From Kiloniellaceae bacterium (GTDB lineage Bacteria > Pseudomonadota > Alphaproteobacteria > Kiloniellales > Kiloniellaceae): a DNA stretch of 64,000 nucleotides. Shown here one piece after another: positions 43,540 through 52,753 of this stretch. Numbering within the stretch: position 1 is the first letter of the stretch; each line of letters opens with the position of its first letter. The notes under the pieces were generated by a model. It was not told where the DNA came from, ran no database searches, and saw nothing but the letters and a program-made list of their open reading frames with translations. The translations under genes and the position numbers were made by a program. The stretch lies in assembly GCA_050043265.1 (NCBI GenBank), contig JBHJIR010000005.1:61202-125201 (forward strand). Direction: 5' to 3'.

Positions 43540-44321
43540 CAGTCGAATATCCTCTGCATCTTCTTCATGGTCGCACGATGGGTCAGGTCCAGGTGCAGCG
43601 GCGTCACCGCGATGGCGCCGCGCGCGGTCACCGCCAGGTCGGTGTCCGCCTCCTTGGAGGTGTCGACCTGGTAGCCGCCGATCCACACGAAGCGACGCCC
43701 GGAAGGGTCCTTACCCTCGGTCACCGAGGTGCCCTTGTCGCGCCGTCCCTGGCGGCAGATCTCGATGCCGGTGACATCGTCCGGCGCCACGGCGGGGAAG
43801 TTCACGTTGACCAGCAGGTCCTTGGACCACGGCATGCCGGCCACCCGGCGCACGATGCGCGGCAGGAACTTCTCCGGCACCTTCCAGCGCACGATGCCGT
43901 CGGCGTCGCGCAACTGGCTGAAGGCGATGGCGCGGAAGCCGAGCAGCGCCGCCTCCATGGTCGCCGCCACGGTGCCGGAATAGGTCACGTCCTCGCCCAG
44001 GTTGCCGCCGTCGTTGATGCCGGACAGCACCAGGTCCGGCGGGTTGTCGGCCATGATCTGGTGGTGGGCGATCAGCACGCAGTCGGTCGGCGTCCCATCG
44101 ACGGAAAACCGCTTGGGGCCCAGCCGGCGCTCGCGCAGCGGCCGGCGCAGGGTCAGCGAATGGCTGGTCGCCGACTGCTCGGTCTCCGGCGCCACCACCC
44201 AGACGTCGTCGCAGAGCGTCTTGGCCAGCTTCTCCAGCACCTTCAGGCCGGGCGCATGGATGCCGTCGTCGTTGGTGACGAGGATGCGCGCCTTCTTCAG
44301 GTTGAGGGTGCCTTTAGCCAT
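43539..44321 (-). CDS. surE: 5'/3'-nucleotidase SurE
   Basis: ILVTNDDGIHAPG, GTPTDCV, YSGTVAA. Confidence 0.97.
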   Translation of the reverse strand: MAKGTLNLKKARILVTNDDGIHAPGLKVLEKLAKTLCDDVWVVAPETEQSATSHSLTLRRPLRERRLGPKRFSVDGTPTDCVLIAHHQIMADNPPDLVLSGINDGGNLGEDVTYSGTVAATMEAALLGFRAIAFSQLRDADGIVRWKVPEKFLPRIVRRVAGMPWSKDLLVNVNFPAVAPDDVTGIEICRQGRRDKGTSVTEGKDPSGRRFVWIGGYQVDTSKEADTDLAVTARGAIAVTPLHLDLTHRATMKKMQRIFD

Positions 44322-44326
44322 GAGAT

Positions 44327-45628
44327 CTATCCATTGGCGGGCCCATCGGCGGCGATGACCTCCAGCCCGCCCATGTAGGGCCGCAGCGCCTCGGGCACCT
44401 CGATGCTGCCGTCGGCCTGCTGGTAGTTTTCCATCACCGCGATGAGGCAGCGCCCGACCGCCACGCCCGACCCGTTCAGCGTGTGCACGAAGCGGGTGCC
44501 CTTGTCGCCGCCCTTCTCACTGGCAGGGCGGTAGCGCGCCTTCATGCGGCGGGCCTGGAAATCGCCGCAGTTGGAGCAGCTGGAGATCTCGCGGTAGGCG
44601 TCCTGGCCGGGCAGCCAGACCTCGACGTCGTAGCACTTGGCGGCGGCGAAACCCATGTCGCCGGTCGACAGCAGCATCACGCGGTACGGCAGGCCGAGGC
44701 GCTTCAGGACATTTTCCGCGCAGCCGACCATGTGCTCATGTTCTTCGGCCGAGCGTTCCGGCGTGGTGATGGACACCATCTCCACCTTGTCGAACTGGTG
44801 CTGGCGCAGCATGCCGCGGGTGTCGCGCCCGGCCGAGCCGGCCTCGGACCGGAAGCAGGGCGTCAGCGCGGTGACCCGCAGCGGCAGGCCTTCGGCGGCG
44901 ACGATCTCGTCGGCCAGCAGGTTGGTCAGCGGCACCTCGGCGGTGGGGATCAGCCACAGGCCATGGGTGGTCTTGAACAGGGCTTCGGAGAACTTCGGCA
45001 GCTGGCCGGTGCCGAACAGCGCCTCGTCGCGCACCAGATAGGGCGGCGCCACCTCGGTATAGCCGTGTTCGGTCGTGTGCAGATCCAGCATGAACTGGGC
45101 CAGCGCCCGGTGCAGGCGCGCCAGCTTGCCGCGCATCACCGCGAAGCGGGCGCCGGACAGCTTGGCCGCCGCCTCGAAGTCCAGCAGGCCCAGATCCTCG
45201 CCCAGTTCGTAGTGCTCCTTGGGCGTGAAATTGAACTTGCGCGGCTCCAGGTGGCTGCGCACTTCCACGTTGGCGCTTTCGTCGGCCCCCTCGGGCACCT
45301 CGGGCAGCGGCGCGTTGGGCAGGCCGCTCAGCAGGTCCTGCAGCTCGACGCCGAGGGCACGCTCGCTCTCCTCGGCCGCGGCCATCTCGTCCTTCAGGCC
45401 TGCCACCTCGGCCATCGCCGCCGCGGCATCCTCGCCCTTGCGCTTGGCCTCGCCGATCGCCTTGGAGGCCTCGTTGCGCCGGGTCTGCAGGGTCTGCAGC
45501 GCGGTCTGCGCCTCCCGGCGCCGGGCGTCGAGGGCAAGCACCTCGGCCGACAGCGGCGCCAGGCCGCGCCGCGTCATCGCGGCGTCGAAGGCGGCGGGTT
45601 CTTCTCGGATCCAGCGGAGGTCAAACAT
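44327..45628 (-). CDS. serS: Serine--tRNA ligase
   Basis: MFDLRWIRE coiled-coil arm, [47 protein letters not shown]. Confidence 0.98.
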   Translation of the reverse strand: MFDLRWIREEPAAFDAAMTRRGLAPLSAEVLALDARRREAQTALQTLQTRRNEASKAIGEAKRKGEDAAAAMAEVAGLKDEMAAAEESERALGVELQDLLSGLPNAPLPEVPEGADESANVEVRSHLEPRKFNFTPKEHYELGEDLGLLDFEAAAKLSGARFAVMRGKLARLHRALAQFMLDLHTTEHGYTEVAPPYLVRDEALFGTGQLPKFSEALFKTTHGLWLIPTAEVPLTNLLADEIVAAEGLPLRVTALTPCFRSEAGSAGRDTRGMLRQHQFDKVEMVSITTPERSAEEHEHMVGCAENVLKRLGLPYRVMLLSTGDMGFAAAKCYDVEVWLPGQDAYREISSCSNCGDFQARRMKARYRPASEKGGDKGTRFVHTLNGSGVAVGRCLIAVMENYQQADGSIEVPEALRPYMGGLEVIAADGPANG

Positions 45629-45864
45629 AGGGGCACGCGACTCGGGTTTGTTACAGGCGAATCCGGGCACTTATACGGCCCCGCCGGCGCCTCTGTCCAC
45701 GTCCGACTCGCCCGATTCGGTCCCAAATTACCTGGGAAATGCCCCAGGAATCCTAGACTTAGCCTCACCGTCCGGACCAAGGCCGGGGAGGAAACCGCTC
45801 TTGCGATTCGCAAAACGGCGTCGAGCTAAAGTGATTTCTGAAGTTCGCCCGCGGCGGGCGGTCC

Positions 45865-46953
45865 TCAGACCGCCGGGCGGCCGCTCGGGCTGGGGCCCAC
45901 CGTTCCCTCGGCCCGCTGGTCGACCAGGTAGTCGGTTGCCACCGCCCCGATCCACATGCAGGTCAGCGCTAGCCAGGCCGTCATGGCGAAGGTCGACGCC
46001 CCGGTGACGCCGGCGCCGATGGCGCAGCCACCGGCCAGCATGGCGCCGAACCCCATCATCGCCGCGCCACTGAGGTAGCGCCGCATGGACTTGGCCCCTT
46101 CGAAGCCCTCCAGCTTCCATTCCCGCGCCAGCAGCGCCGCCAGGGCAGCGCCCAGGAAGACGCCGGGGATCAGCCCGATATCGAAATCCGCGACGTCCTG
46201 GGCGGTCATAAAGAACATGAGAGTATCGGCGGAAGGACCTGAGAAAGTTAAACTTTCCACCGAGATAAGATCGAAGGACTGGACCGAGATCATAGCGGTC
46301 AGCAGCCAGCCGGCCCCCACTGCGAAACCGACGCCAGAGCCGAAGATCAGCACCCACCAGCCGATGCCGGCCCGCCGCGAGACCACCAGGGCGACGATGG
46401 CCAGGATGGCGCCGATGGCAACCCCGGCATAGGGGCCGAGGCCGAAGAAGCTGGTCAGTTCGATGTTCGCCCCGCCGCTGGTTGTCCACAGGCCCGCCAG
46501 GGCATTGCGCGCCGGCGCCAGCACGCCGTGCAGGGTCATCTGGGCCGTCACCGCGAAGACCAGGCCGGACAGCAGGGCACGCAGGTTGCCGCAGGCCGCC
46601 AGCACCAGCAGGCGCCCGGAGCAGCCGCGGGTCAGCACCATGCCGGCGCCGAACAGCAGGCCGCCCAGGATCGCCCCGGAGATCGATCCCGGCGAGGCCA
46701 GCCAGCGCGCCTGTTCCAGCGGCACCAGGCCGCTCAGCGTGAAGGCCTGGGTCCAGAACACGGCAGTGGAAAAGCACAGCAGCCAGACCGACATGCGCGT
46801 GCCGAGCTGGCCGCGGGCGAACTCGACGGTGGCGGCGCGCAGGCAGAAGCGGCTGCGCTGTGAGGAAACCCCAAAGATACCGCCGACGACGAGGCCGATC
46901 AGGGCAGCCGCCCCGGTATCGCCGGTGATTTCCAGAATGTCGCTGATATCCAT
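45865..46953 (-). CDS. YeeE/YedE family sulfur-compound transporter
   Basis: RSRFCLRAA, GMVLTRGCSGR, AMLAGGCAIGAG Cys-containing loops. Start at ATG 46953. Confidence 0.9.
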   Translation of the reverse strand: MDISDILEITGDTGAAALIGLVVGGIFGVSSQRSRFCLRAATVEFARGQLGTRMSVWLLCFSTAVFWTQAFTLSGLVPLEQARWLASPGSISGAILGGLLFGAGMVLTRGCSGRLLVLAACGNLRALLSGLVFAVTAQMTLHGVLAPARNALAGLWTTSGGANIELTSFFGLGPYAGVAIGAILAIVALVVSRRAGIGWWVLIFGSGVGFAVGAGWLLTAMISVQSFDLISVESLTFSGPSADTLMFFMTAQDVADFDIGLIPGVFLGAALAALLAREWKLEGFEGAKSMRRYLSGAAMMGFGAMLAGGCAIGAGVTGASTFAMTAWLALTCMWIGAVATDYLVDQRAEGTVGPSPSGRPAV

Positions 46954-47104
46954 GACGCGAAGCCCGGCGTGGTCGGAATGGCGGATTCCTAGACCATTTT
47001 GGTAAAGGTCGCCTTGATGCAGGTCATGCGAACACCATGCCCTTGCATTCAACCCTGACGTCAATCGGGCTCCCTATCGGTCGGCCGATTGCCGGCCCGC
47101 CGCC

Positions 47105-47983
47105 TCAGGGCGCCGGCGGGACCGTGTCCGGGGGCATGGTGCCGTTGTCGTCGCCTTCATCATCGTGGTCGTCGACGGAGAAGTCGTCGTCCTCCGCTTC
47201 CCGTTCGGCGCGCTTCTTCTCGACCATCTTCGCCATGAGGATGGAGATCTCATAGAGGATGATGATCGGCACCGCGAGGCTGAGCTGGCTCAACGGATCG
47301 GGCGGCGTGAAGATCGCCGCCACGACGAAGACGGCGCCGATGGCGTACTTGCGCTTGGCGGCCATGCCCTTGGAAGTCGCGAGGCCGACGCGGGCCAGCA
47401 GCGTCATCACCACCGGCAGCTGGAAACACAGGCCGAAGGCGAAGATGAGCTGCATGAGCAGCGAGAGGTACTCGTTGACCTTCGGCTCCAGCTCGATCGG
47501 CAGGGAGTTTTCGGTGCCGGGCACCTGAAAGCCGACGAAGAACGTCGCCGCGAAGGGGAAGATAATGTAGTAGACCAGCGCCCCGCCCAGGAAGAACAGG
47601 AAGGGCGTGGCGGCCAGGAACGGCGCCAAGGCCGACTTTTCGTGCTTGTAGAGCCCGGGGGCCACGAACAGCCAGAACTGGGTCAGGAAGATCGGGAAGC
47701 AGATGAAGCCGGCGGCGAAGAAGGCCACCTTCACGTAGGTAAAGAAGACCTCGGTCAGCGCGGTAAAGATCATCCGCTGATGCTGGCCGGTGATGCCGTG
47801 CTCCAGCATCACGTCGGCCAGCGGCTGGGCCAGGTACTGGAAGATAGGCTGGGCGAAGTAGAAGCAGACCAGGAAGGTCACCAGCAGCGCCACCACCGAA
47901 TACAGCAGGCGCTGGCGCAGCTCGATCAGGTGATCCAGCAGCGGCATCTTCTTGTCTTCGGGGGTATCGGTCACGGTGGTCAT
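47105..47983 (-). CDS. tatC: Sec-independent translocase TatC
   Basis: LLDHLIELRQRL, QFWLFVAPGLYKHEK, FGLCFQLP, AIFTPPDPLSQ. Confidence 0.98.
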   Translation of the reverse strand: MTTVTDTPEDKKMPLLDHLIELRQRLLYSVVALLVTFLVCFYFAQPIFQYLAQPLADVMLEHGITGQHQRMIFTALTEVFFTYVKVAFFAAGFICFPIFLTQFWLFVAPGLYKHEKSALAPFLAATPFLFFLGGALVYYIIFPFAATFFVGFQVPGTENSLPIELEPKVNEYLSLLMQLIFAFGLCFQLPVVMTLLARVGLATSKGMAAKRKYAIGAVFVVAAIFTPPDPLSQLSLAVPIIILYEISILMAKMVEKKRAEREAEDDDFSVDDHDDEGDDNGTMPPDTVPPAP

Positions 47984-48633
47984 TCGAACCTGTCAGAAGA
48001 GGGGCCGCCAAGGGCCGGGGCAGCCTTGCGGCCGCCGATACCGGCCAGCAGTGCTAGTCCCGCCGGCAGCAGGAAAACAAACCCGGAGAAGAACATCATC
48101 CGCATCAGCTGCGACAGGTACTCGGCGACTATCGGCTCCAGATGGATCGGGAGGGCATTCTGGGACACCGCTGGTCCCTGAAGGGCAAGATAGAATGCCA
48201 GGATCTTGGGGAAGAAAACCGTATACGCCAGGGCCCCGCCGAGAAAGAAAGACAGCACCAGGGCGGCCGCGCCATAGAGAGCGGCACGTCGCTCGTAACG
48301 ACCACTCCGAACGGCCTCGGCGCGCCAGAGATCGGCCAGGATCAGTGGGCAGCAGAGAAACAGGGCGGAGAAGAAGGAAACGTTTACGTAGGTGAAGAAC
48401 ACCCCCGTCAGGGCCGTGAAGACCATGCGCTGATGCTGACCCGAGGTGCCATGCTCCAGCATCGCGTCGGCCAGCGGCTGGGCCAAGTACTGAAAGATCG
48501 GCTGAGCGAAGAAGAAGCAGACGGCAAAGACCACTACGAACGCCAGCGCCCAGAACAGCAGACGACGCCCCAGCGTCATGGGCCGCCTCACCTTTCCCTC
48601 AGACAATCCGTTCACCGCAGCCATGGCCGTCAT
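47980..48633 (-). CDS. Truncated, diverged TatC paralog (TM1-TM4 only)
   Basis: AQPIFQYLAQPLADAMLEHG..GQHQRM.FTALT nearly identical to the adjacent TatC; LEP...EYLS.LM; no TPPD/TM5-6 region; ATGA overlaps with both tatB and tatC. Confidence 0.85.
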   Translation of the reverse strand: MTAMAAVNGLSEGKVRRPMTLGRRLLFWALAFVVVFAVCFFFAQPIFQYLAQPLADAMLEHGTSGQHQRMVFTALTGVFFTYVNVSFFSALFLCCPLILADLWRAEAVRSGRYERRAALYGAAALVLSFFLGGALAYTVFFPKILAFYLALQGPAVSQNALPIHLEPIVAEYLSQLMRMMFFSGFVFLLPAGLALLAGIGGRKAAPALGGPSSDRFE

Positions 48634-49115
48634 GCGGGCTGCTTGGAGGATGCGCTGCTGTCGCTGTCCTTTTGGGCTTCCTCACCCGTCGGGCTCTCGC
48701 CGGCAGGCGGCGCGAGGGAATGCGGCGGCGCGACGTTGGCCGGCTGGGTCACCATCGTTGCCGAGGCCTTGTCCGCGTTACTCTCCGCCGGCTTCGCGGC
48801 GGCGTCACCGCTGTTACGCGCGTCGTGCTCCACCGAGCGCACCTCCTTGCCGACCTCGTCGTCCGGGTCGATGGCATTGGAGAGGGTACGCTGCAGGTTG
48901 CCGCCACGGGTCGCGTCCAGGGCCTTGCGGGCGTCTTCCAGTTCCGCCTCGCGGACCATCTCGTCGATACCGGACTGAAATTCGCGCGTGAGGGAGCGCG
49001 CCTTGCGCATCCAGTGCGCAACGGTCTTCATCGTATTGGGAAGATCTTTCGGCCCGATCACGATCAACGCAACGAATGCGATGATCGCCATTTCGGACCA
49101 CCCGATATCAAACAT
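48630..49115 (-). CDS. tatB: Sec-independent translocase TatB
   Basis: MFDIGWSEMAIIAFVALIVIGPKDLP. Confidence 0.97.
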   Translation of the reverse strand: MFDIGWSEMAIIAFVALIVIGPKDLPNTMKTVAHWMRKARSLTREFQSGIDEMVREAELEDARKALDATRGGNLQRTLSNAIDPDDEVGKEVRSVEHDARNSGDAAAKPAESNADKASATMVTQPANVAPPHSLAPPAGESPTGEEAQKDSDSSASSKQPA

Positions 49116-49165
49116 GGACGCCCATCATCGGCAGGGGGTGGCGAACAGACGCAACCGGCCCAAAT

Positions 49166-49414
49166 TTAGCCGTTGGCCGCCTTGTCCTTTTCCTCGGAAG
49201 ACGATACCGCGGCATTGTCCTGGTCCAGGACCTTCGGGCTGTCGCCGGCGGTTTCTTCTTCCTTCTTCTTCCCGTCTTCCTTCAGGCCCTTCTTGAAGGC
49301 GTTGATGCCCTGTCCCATGTCGCGCATCAGCTTGGGGATCTTGCCGCCGCCGCCGAACAGAACCAGGACAACCGCCAGCACGATCAGCCAGTGCCAGATA
49401 CTAAAGCTTCCCAT
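49166..49414 (-). CDS. tatA: Sec-independent translocase TatA
   Basis: [44 protein letters not shown]. Confidence 0.97.
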   Translation of the reverse strand: MGSFSIWHWLIVLAVVLVLFGGGGKIPKLMRDMGQGINAFKKGLKEDGKKKEEETAGDSPKVLDQDNAAVSSSEEKDKAANG

Positions 49415-49505
49415 TACGGGATCTCCCTCAAATTTGCCGTAATCGCCTCTTGGGGCGGACTATCGCAAAAAGCCCCCGTCGCCGCAACGTCCCAACGCAA
49501 TACAG

Positions 49506-50585
49506 TTAACCGTCGGCCTTGCCGCTGTTTCGCGGAAAAACAAAGGCTTGCGCCCGGTCGAGCGCCACCGCCAGGCATTGTTTTTCCGGTGGCAGGAACC
49601 GTCCGGGCACCCTGGCATGAAAGTGGGGTGCGCCGTCGGGCAATTCCAGACTGCGCAGGTGAACAAGGCTGGTGCGGCCCATCAGGCGCGCCGCCATCAC
49701 GGCTACGCTGTGCGGCGGCACCGGGCAGCCGTCGTCCACCGGGGTCAGATGCAGCGCCTCAGGGCGGATCAGCACCTGCACCGGGCTGCCCTCCGGCAGC
49801 TTGCCGGCGGCCACGGCGCCGAACGGCGTGGCCACTTCACCTGCCTCAACAATGCCTTCCAAGTAATTGATTTCACCGAAAAATGATGCCGCGAAAGCAT
49901 CCACAGGCTGGTAGTAGAGGTTGGCGGGGGTGCCGAGTTGGACCATGCGCCCGGCCCGCATCAGGGCGATGCGGTCGGCCATGAACATGGCCTCCTCCGG
50001 GTCATGGGTGACCATCAGGGTGGTGGTGCCGCTCTGTTTGAGGACGTGCAAAGTGTCGTCGCGCACCTGCTGGCGCAGGCGGGCATCCAGATTCGAGAAC
50101 GGCTCGTCCAGCAGCATCACCCGCGGGCGCGGCGCCAGGGCGCGGGCCAGCGCCACGCGCTGCTGCTGGCCGCCGGAGAGCGTATGGGGATAGACCCCGG
50201 CGGAGCCCGCCATGCCGACCAGGTCCAAGGCATCCGCCACGCGCTGGCGCCGTTCGGCGCCCGAGAGGCGGCGCAGGCCGAAGGCAACGTTCTCGGCAAT
50301 GGTCAGATGGGGGAACAACGCATAGTCCTGGAACACCAGGCCGACCGAGCGGTCCTCGGGCGGCTTTTCGCGACCCTCGCCGGCCACCACCTCATCGTCG
50401 ATCAGCACGCGGCCCTGCTGCAGAGGCTCCAGCCCCGCGGCCACCCTGAGGGCCGTGGTCTTGCCGCAGCCCGACGGCCCCAGCAGACAGACCACCTCGC
50501 CGCGCGCCAGGGTCAGGCTCAGGTCATCGACGGCCAGAAGGCCGCCGAAGGCATGACTGACATGCTCCAAGGCTAGCGCGGACAT
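49506..50585 (-). CDS. ABC transporter ATP-binding protein (FbpC/PotA-like)
   Basis: GPSGCGKT, LSGGQQQRVALAR, LLDEPFSNLD, TOBE-like C-terminus. Confidence 0.93.
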   Translation of the reverse strand: MSALALEHVSHAFGGLLAVDDLSLTLARGEVVCLLGPSGCGKTTALRVAAGLEPLQQGRVLIDDEVVAGEGREKPPEDRSVGLVFQDYALFPHLTIAENVAFGLRRLSGAERRQRVADALDLVGMAGSAGVYPHTLSGGQQQRVALARALAPRPRVMLLDEPFSNLDARLRQQVRDDTLHVLKQSGTTTLMVTHDPEEAMFMADRIALMRAGRMVQLGTPANLYYQPVDAFAASFFGEINYLEGIVEAGEVATPFGAVAAGKLPEGSPVQVLIRPEALHLTPVDDGCPVPPHSVAVMAARLMGRTSLVHLRSLELPDGAPHFHARVPGRFLPPEKQCLAVALDRAQAFVFPRNSGKADG

Positions 50586-50635
50586 GGGGGTTCAGATCAT
50601 CCAGGGGTCAGGCGATCGGTGGCGGGCTCCCGGCC

Positions 50636-51913
50636 TCACCCGGCGCTCCGCTGGCGCCGGTCCCCGGTGTCGTCCCCACCATCGTCGTCCTCCAGGTGCT
50701 CGTCCGGATCCTCGCTCGGCGCGTCATCCGGCGCGTCATCGTCCGCGGCGACCTGCAGCGGCTCCTCCTCGTCGTCGTCGTCCTCATCAACGTCCGCCTC
50801 AACGGCGTCGTCGTCGAGGGGGGCGTCGAGGTCGTCGGCACTGCGCGCTTCGAGGGCGCCGCCCTCTTCTTCGTTGTCGTTGTCGTTGTCGTTGTCTTCA
50901 TCCTCGTCGTCTGCCGCGGCGCTCTCGCCATCGGCTTCCGGCGCGGCCGCCGCCGTCAGATCCACCTCCTGCGGCAGCAGGTTCTCGCCGAAGGTTTCCT
51001 CCAGCAGCTCCTGCTCGCTGCCGTCGATGATCTCGCTCTCGCTGTCGTCCTCGTCGTCATCCTCGTCGACATCCTCCGCCGAGGCGTCGCCGGCCGGCGG
51101 CAGCATGCCGCGGTCGCTCAGCGCGGTCAGCGCCGGGCGGGCATCCAGCAGACCGGCGGCCTTCAGCTCTTCCACGCCCGGCAGGGCATCCAGGCCTTCC
51201 AACCCGAAATGGTCGAGGAAGCTGTCGGAGGTGCCCCAGGTGACCGGGCGGCCCGGCGTCTTGCGGCGCCCCTTGGGCCGGATCCAGCCGATCTCCAGCA
51301 GCGCGTCCAGGGTGCCCTTGGACAGGGCGACGCCGCGGATTTCCTCGACCTCGGCACGGGTGACCGGCTGGTGGTAGGCGATCACCGCCAGGGTCTCCAG
51401 GGCGACGCGCGACAGCTTGCGCACCACCTTGCTCTCCAGCTCCATGCGCGGGGCGAGGTCCTCGGCGGTGCGGAAGGCCCAGCGGCCGCCGCGCTTGACC
51501 AGGGTCACGCCGCGATTGGCATAGAGCGCCTCGAGGTCGCCGAGCAACGCGTCGACGTTGGTCTCGTCCGGCAGAAAGCGGGCCAGTTGGGCCGGCGCCA
51601 GGGGCTCGGCGGAGGCGAAGAGCAGCGCCTCGACCAGCCGCAGATTATCGAAATCGGAGGCCTCGGGATCGTCGCCCCCGGCCTCACCAGAGTCTTCAGC
51701 AGACTCTTCGCCGGACTCCTCATCGGAGTCCCCGTCTTCCTCGACGTCCCCGGCATCGTCGTCTTCGTCGGCGACGGCCTCGACCGCCTCAACGGCCTCC
51801 CTCTCGGGCGTCTCGGGCTCGGGCGTCTCGGGCTCGGACATATCGGTCTCGGGGGCCTCGACTTCGGCGACCTCGATTTCGGGGGTTTCCGCTTCAGGTG
51901 TCTCGGAGGTCAT
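50636..51913 (-). CDS. scpB: SMC-Scp complex subunit ScpB with long acidic extensions
   Basis: VEALLFASAEPL, LSRVALETLAVIAYHQPVTRAEVEEIRGV, GRPVTWGT...FLDHFGL core flanked by D/E-rich tails. Confidence 0.95.
   Translation of the reverse strand: MTSETPEAETPEIEVAEVEAPETDMSEPETPEPETPEREAVEAVEAVADEDDDAGDVEEDGDSDEESGEESAEDSGEAGGDDPEASDFDNLRLVEALLFASAEPLAPAQLARFLPDETNVDALLGDLEALYANRGVTLVKRGGRWAFRTAEDLAPRMELESKVVRKLSRVALETLAVIAYHQPVTRAEVEEIRGVALSKGTLDALLEIGWIRPKGRRKTPGRPVTWGTSDSFLDHFGLEGLDALPGVEELKAAGLLDARPALTALSDRGMLPPAGDASAEDVDEDDDEDDSESEIIDGSEQELLEETFGENLLPQEVDLTAAAAPEADGESAAADDEDEDNDNDNDNEEEGGALEARSADDLDAPLDDDAVEADVDEDDDDEEEPLQVAADDDAPDDAPSEDPDEHLEDDDGGDDTGDRRQRSAG
50871..50896. repeat. Hexanucleotide microsatellite (TCGTTG)x4 in scpB
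   Basis: Encodes DNDNDNDN in the acidic tail. Confidence 0.85.
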
Positions 51914-52713
51914 AGTTGCTCCTGTTGCTCCTCGGCGGCGCTGCGCAGGTAGATCGTCCCGAAGGTTCCCTCCTGACGGATGCTCAGCTTGCCTGCCTTA
52001 CACATTTCAAGGGTGGCGGCAAAGATCGATGCCAGCGCCGAGCGGTGCAGCAGCGGGTCGTGCTGCAGGTCGGGCGGCAGAAAGGTCGCCAGCGTGCGCA
52101 AGCCGGGAATCGCCCCCAGCATGCTCGACAGCCGCTGCACCGCGCGAGCGACCGAATACAGCTCCGTGGCGCGGATCTGCAGGCTCTTCGGCGCGGCCTG
52201 GGCACGCTGGCGGCCATAGGCCTTCAGCAGGTCGAACAGGGTGGCGTCGTAGGTGGTCGTGACACGGGTCTTCGTCCGTTCCGGCGTGCCGCGGGCAAAG
52301 ACGTCGTTGCCCAGTTGCGGCAGCAGGATCAGCTTCTCACCGGCATCGCGCATGGCCTGCAGGCGCTGCATCTGGAACTTCAGCGCGGCGGCCATCTCGG
52401 CGCCGCTCGGCTCCTCCTCGGTGCCGGTCTCCGGCAACAGCAGGCGCGACTTCAGGTAGGCCAGCCAGGCCGCCATCACCAGATAGTCGGCGGCCAGTTC
52501 CAGGCGCAGCTCCCGCGCCTCGCGCACGAACTCCAGGTACTGTTCGGCAAGGTCGAGGATGCGGATGTGCTTGAGGTCGACCTTCTGGTCGCGCGCCAGT
52601 TCCAGCAGCACGTCGATCGGGCCGGCATAGCCGTCCAGATCCAGCAGCAGCCGGTCGCGCACGGAGCTGCGCGCGCCCTCGATGCCCTCCTCGAAGGGGA
52701 CCACTTCGCTCAA
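51910..52713 (-). CDS. scpA: Segregation and condensation protein A
   Basis: YAGPIDVLLELARDQKVDL, ELAADYLVMAAWLAYLKSRLLLP. Confidence 0.96.
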   Translation of the reverse strand: MSEVVPFEEGIEGARSSVRDRLLLDLDGYAGPIDVLLELARDQKVDLKHIRILDLAEQYLEFVREARELRLELAADYLVMAAWLAYLKSRLLLPETGTEEEPSGAEMAAALKFQMQRLQAMRDAGEKLILLPQLGNDVFARGTPERTKTRVTTTYDATLFDLLKAYGRQRAQAAPKSLQIRATELYSVARAVQRLSSMLGAIPGLRTLATFLPPDLQHDPLLHRSALASIFAATLEMCKAGKLSIRQEGTFGTIYLRSAAEEQQEQL

Positions 52714-52753
52714 GATTCCAGCCTCTCAGGAGAGGATTCCATGGGCAAATTCC

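Noticed and set aside
49506-50585. ABC ATPase without permease
   Set aside because: As I recall, this gene sits between scpB and tatA in many alphaproteobacteria, so it is not unusual.
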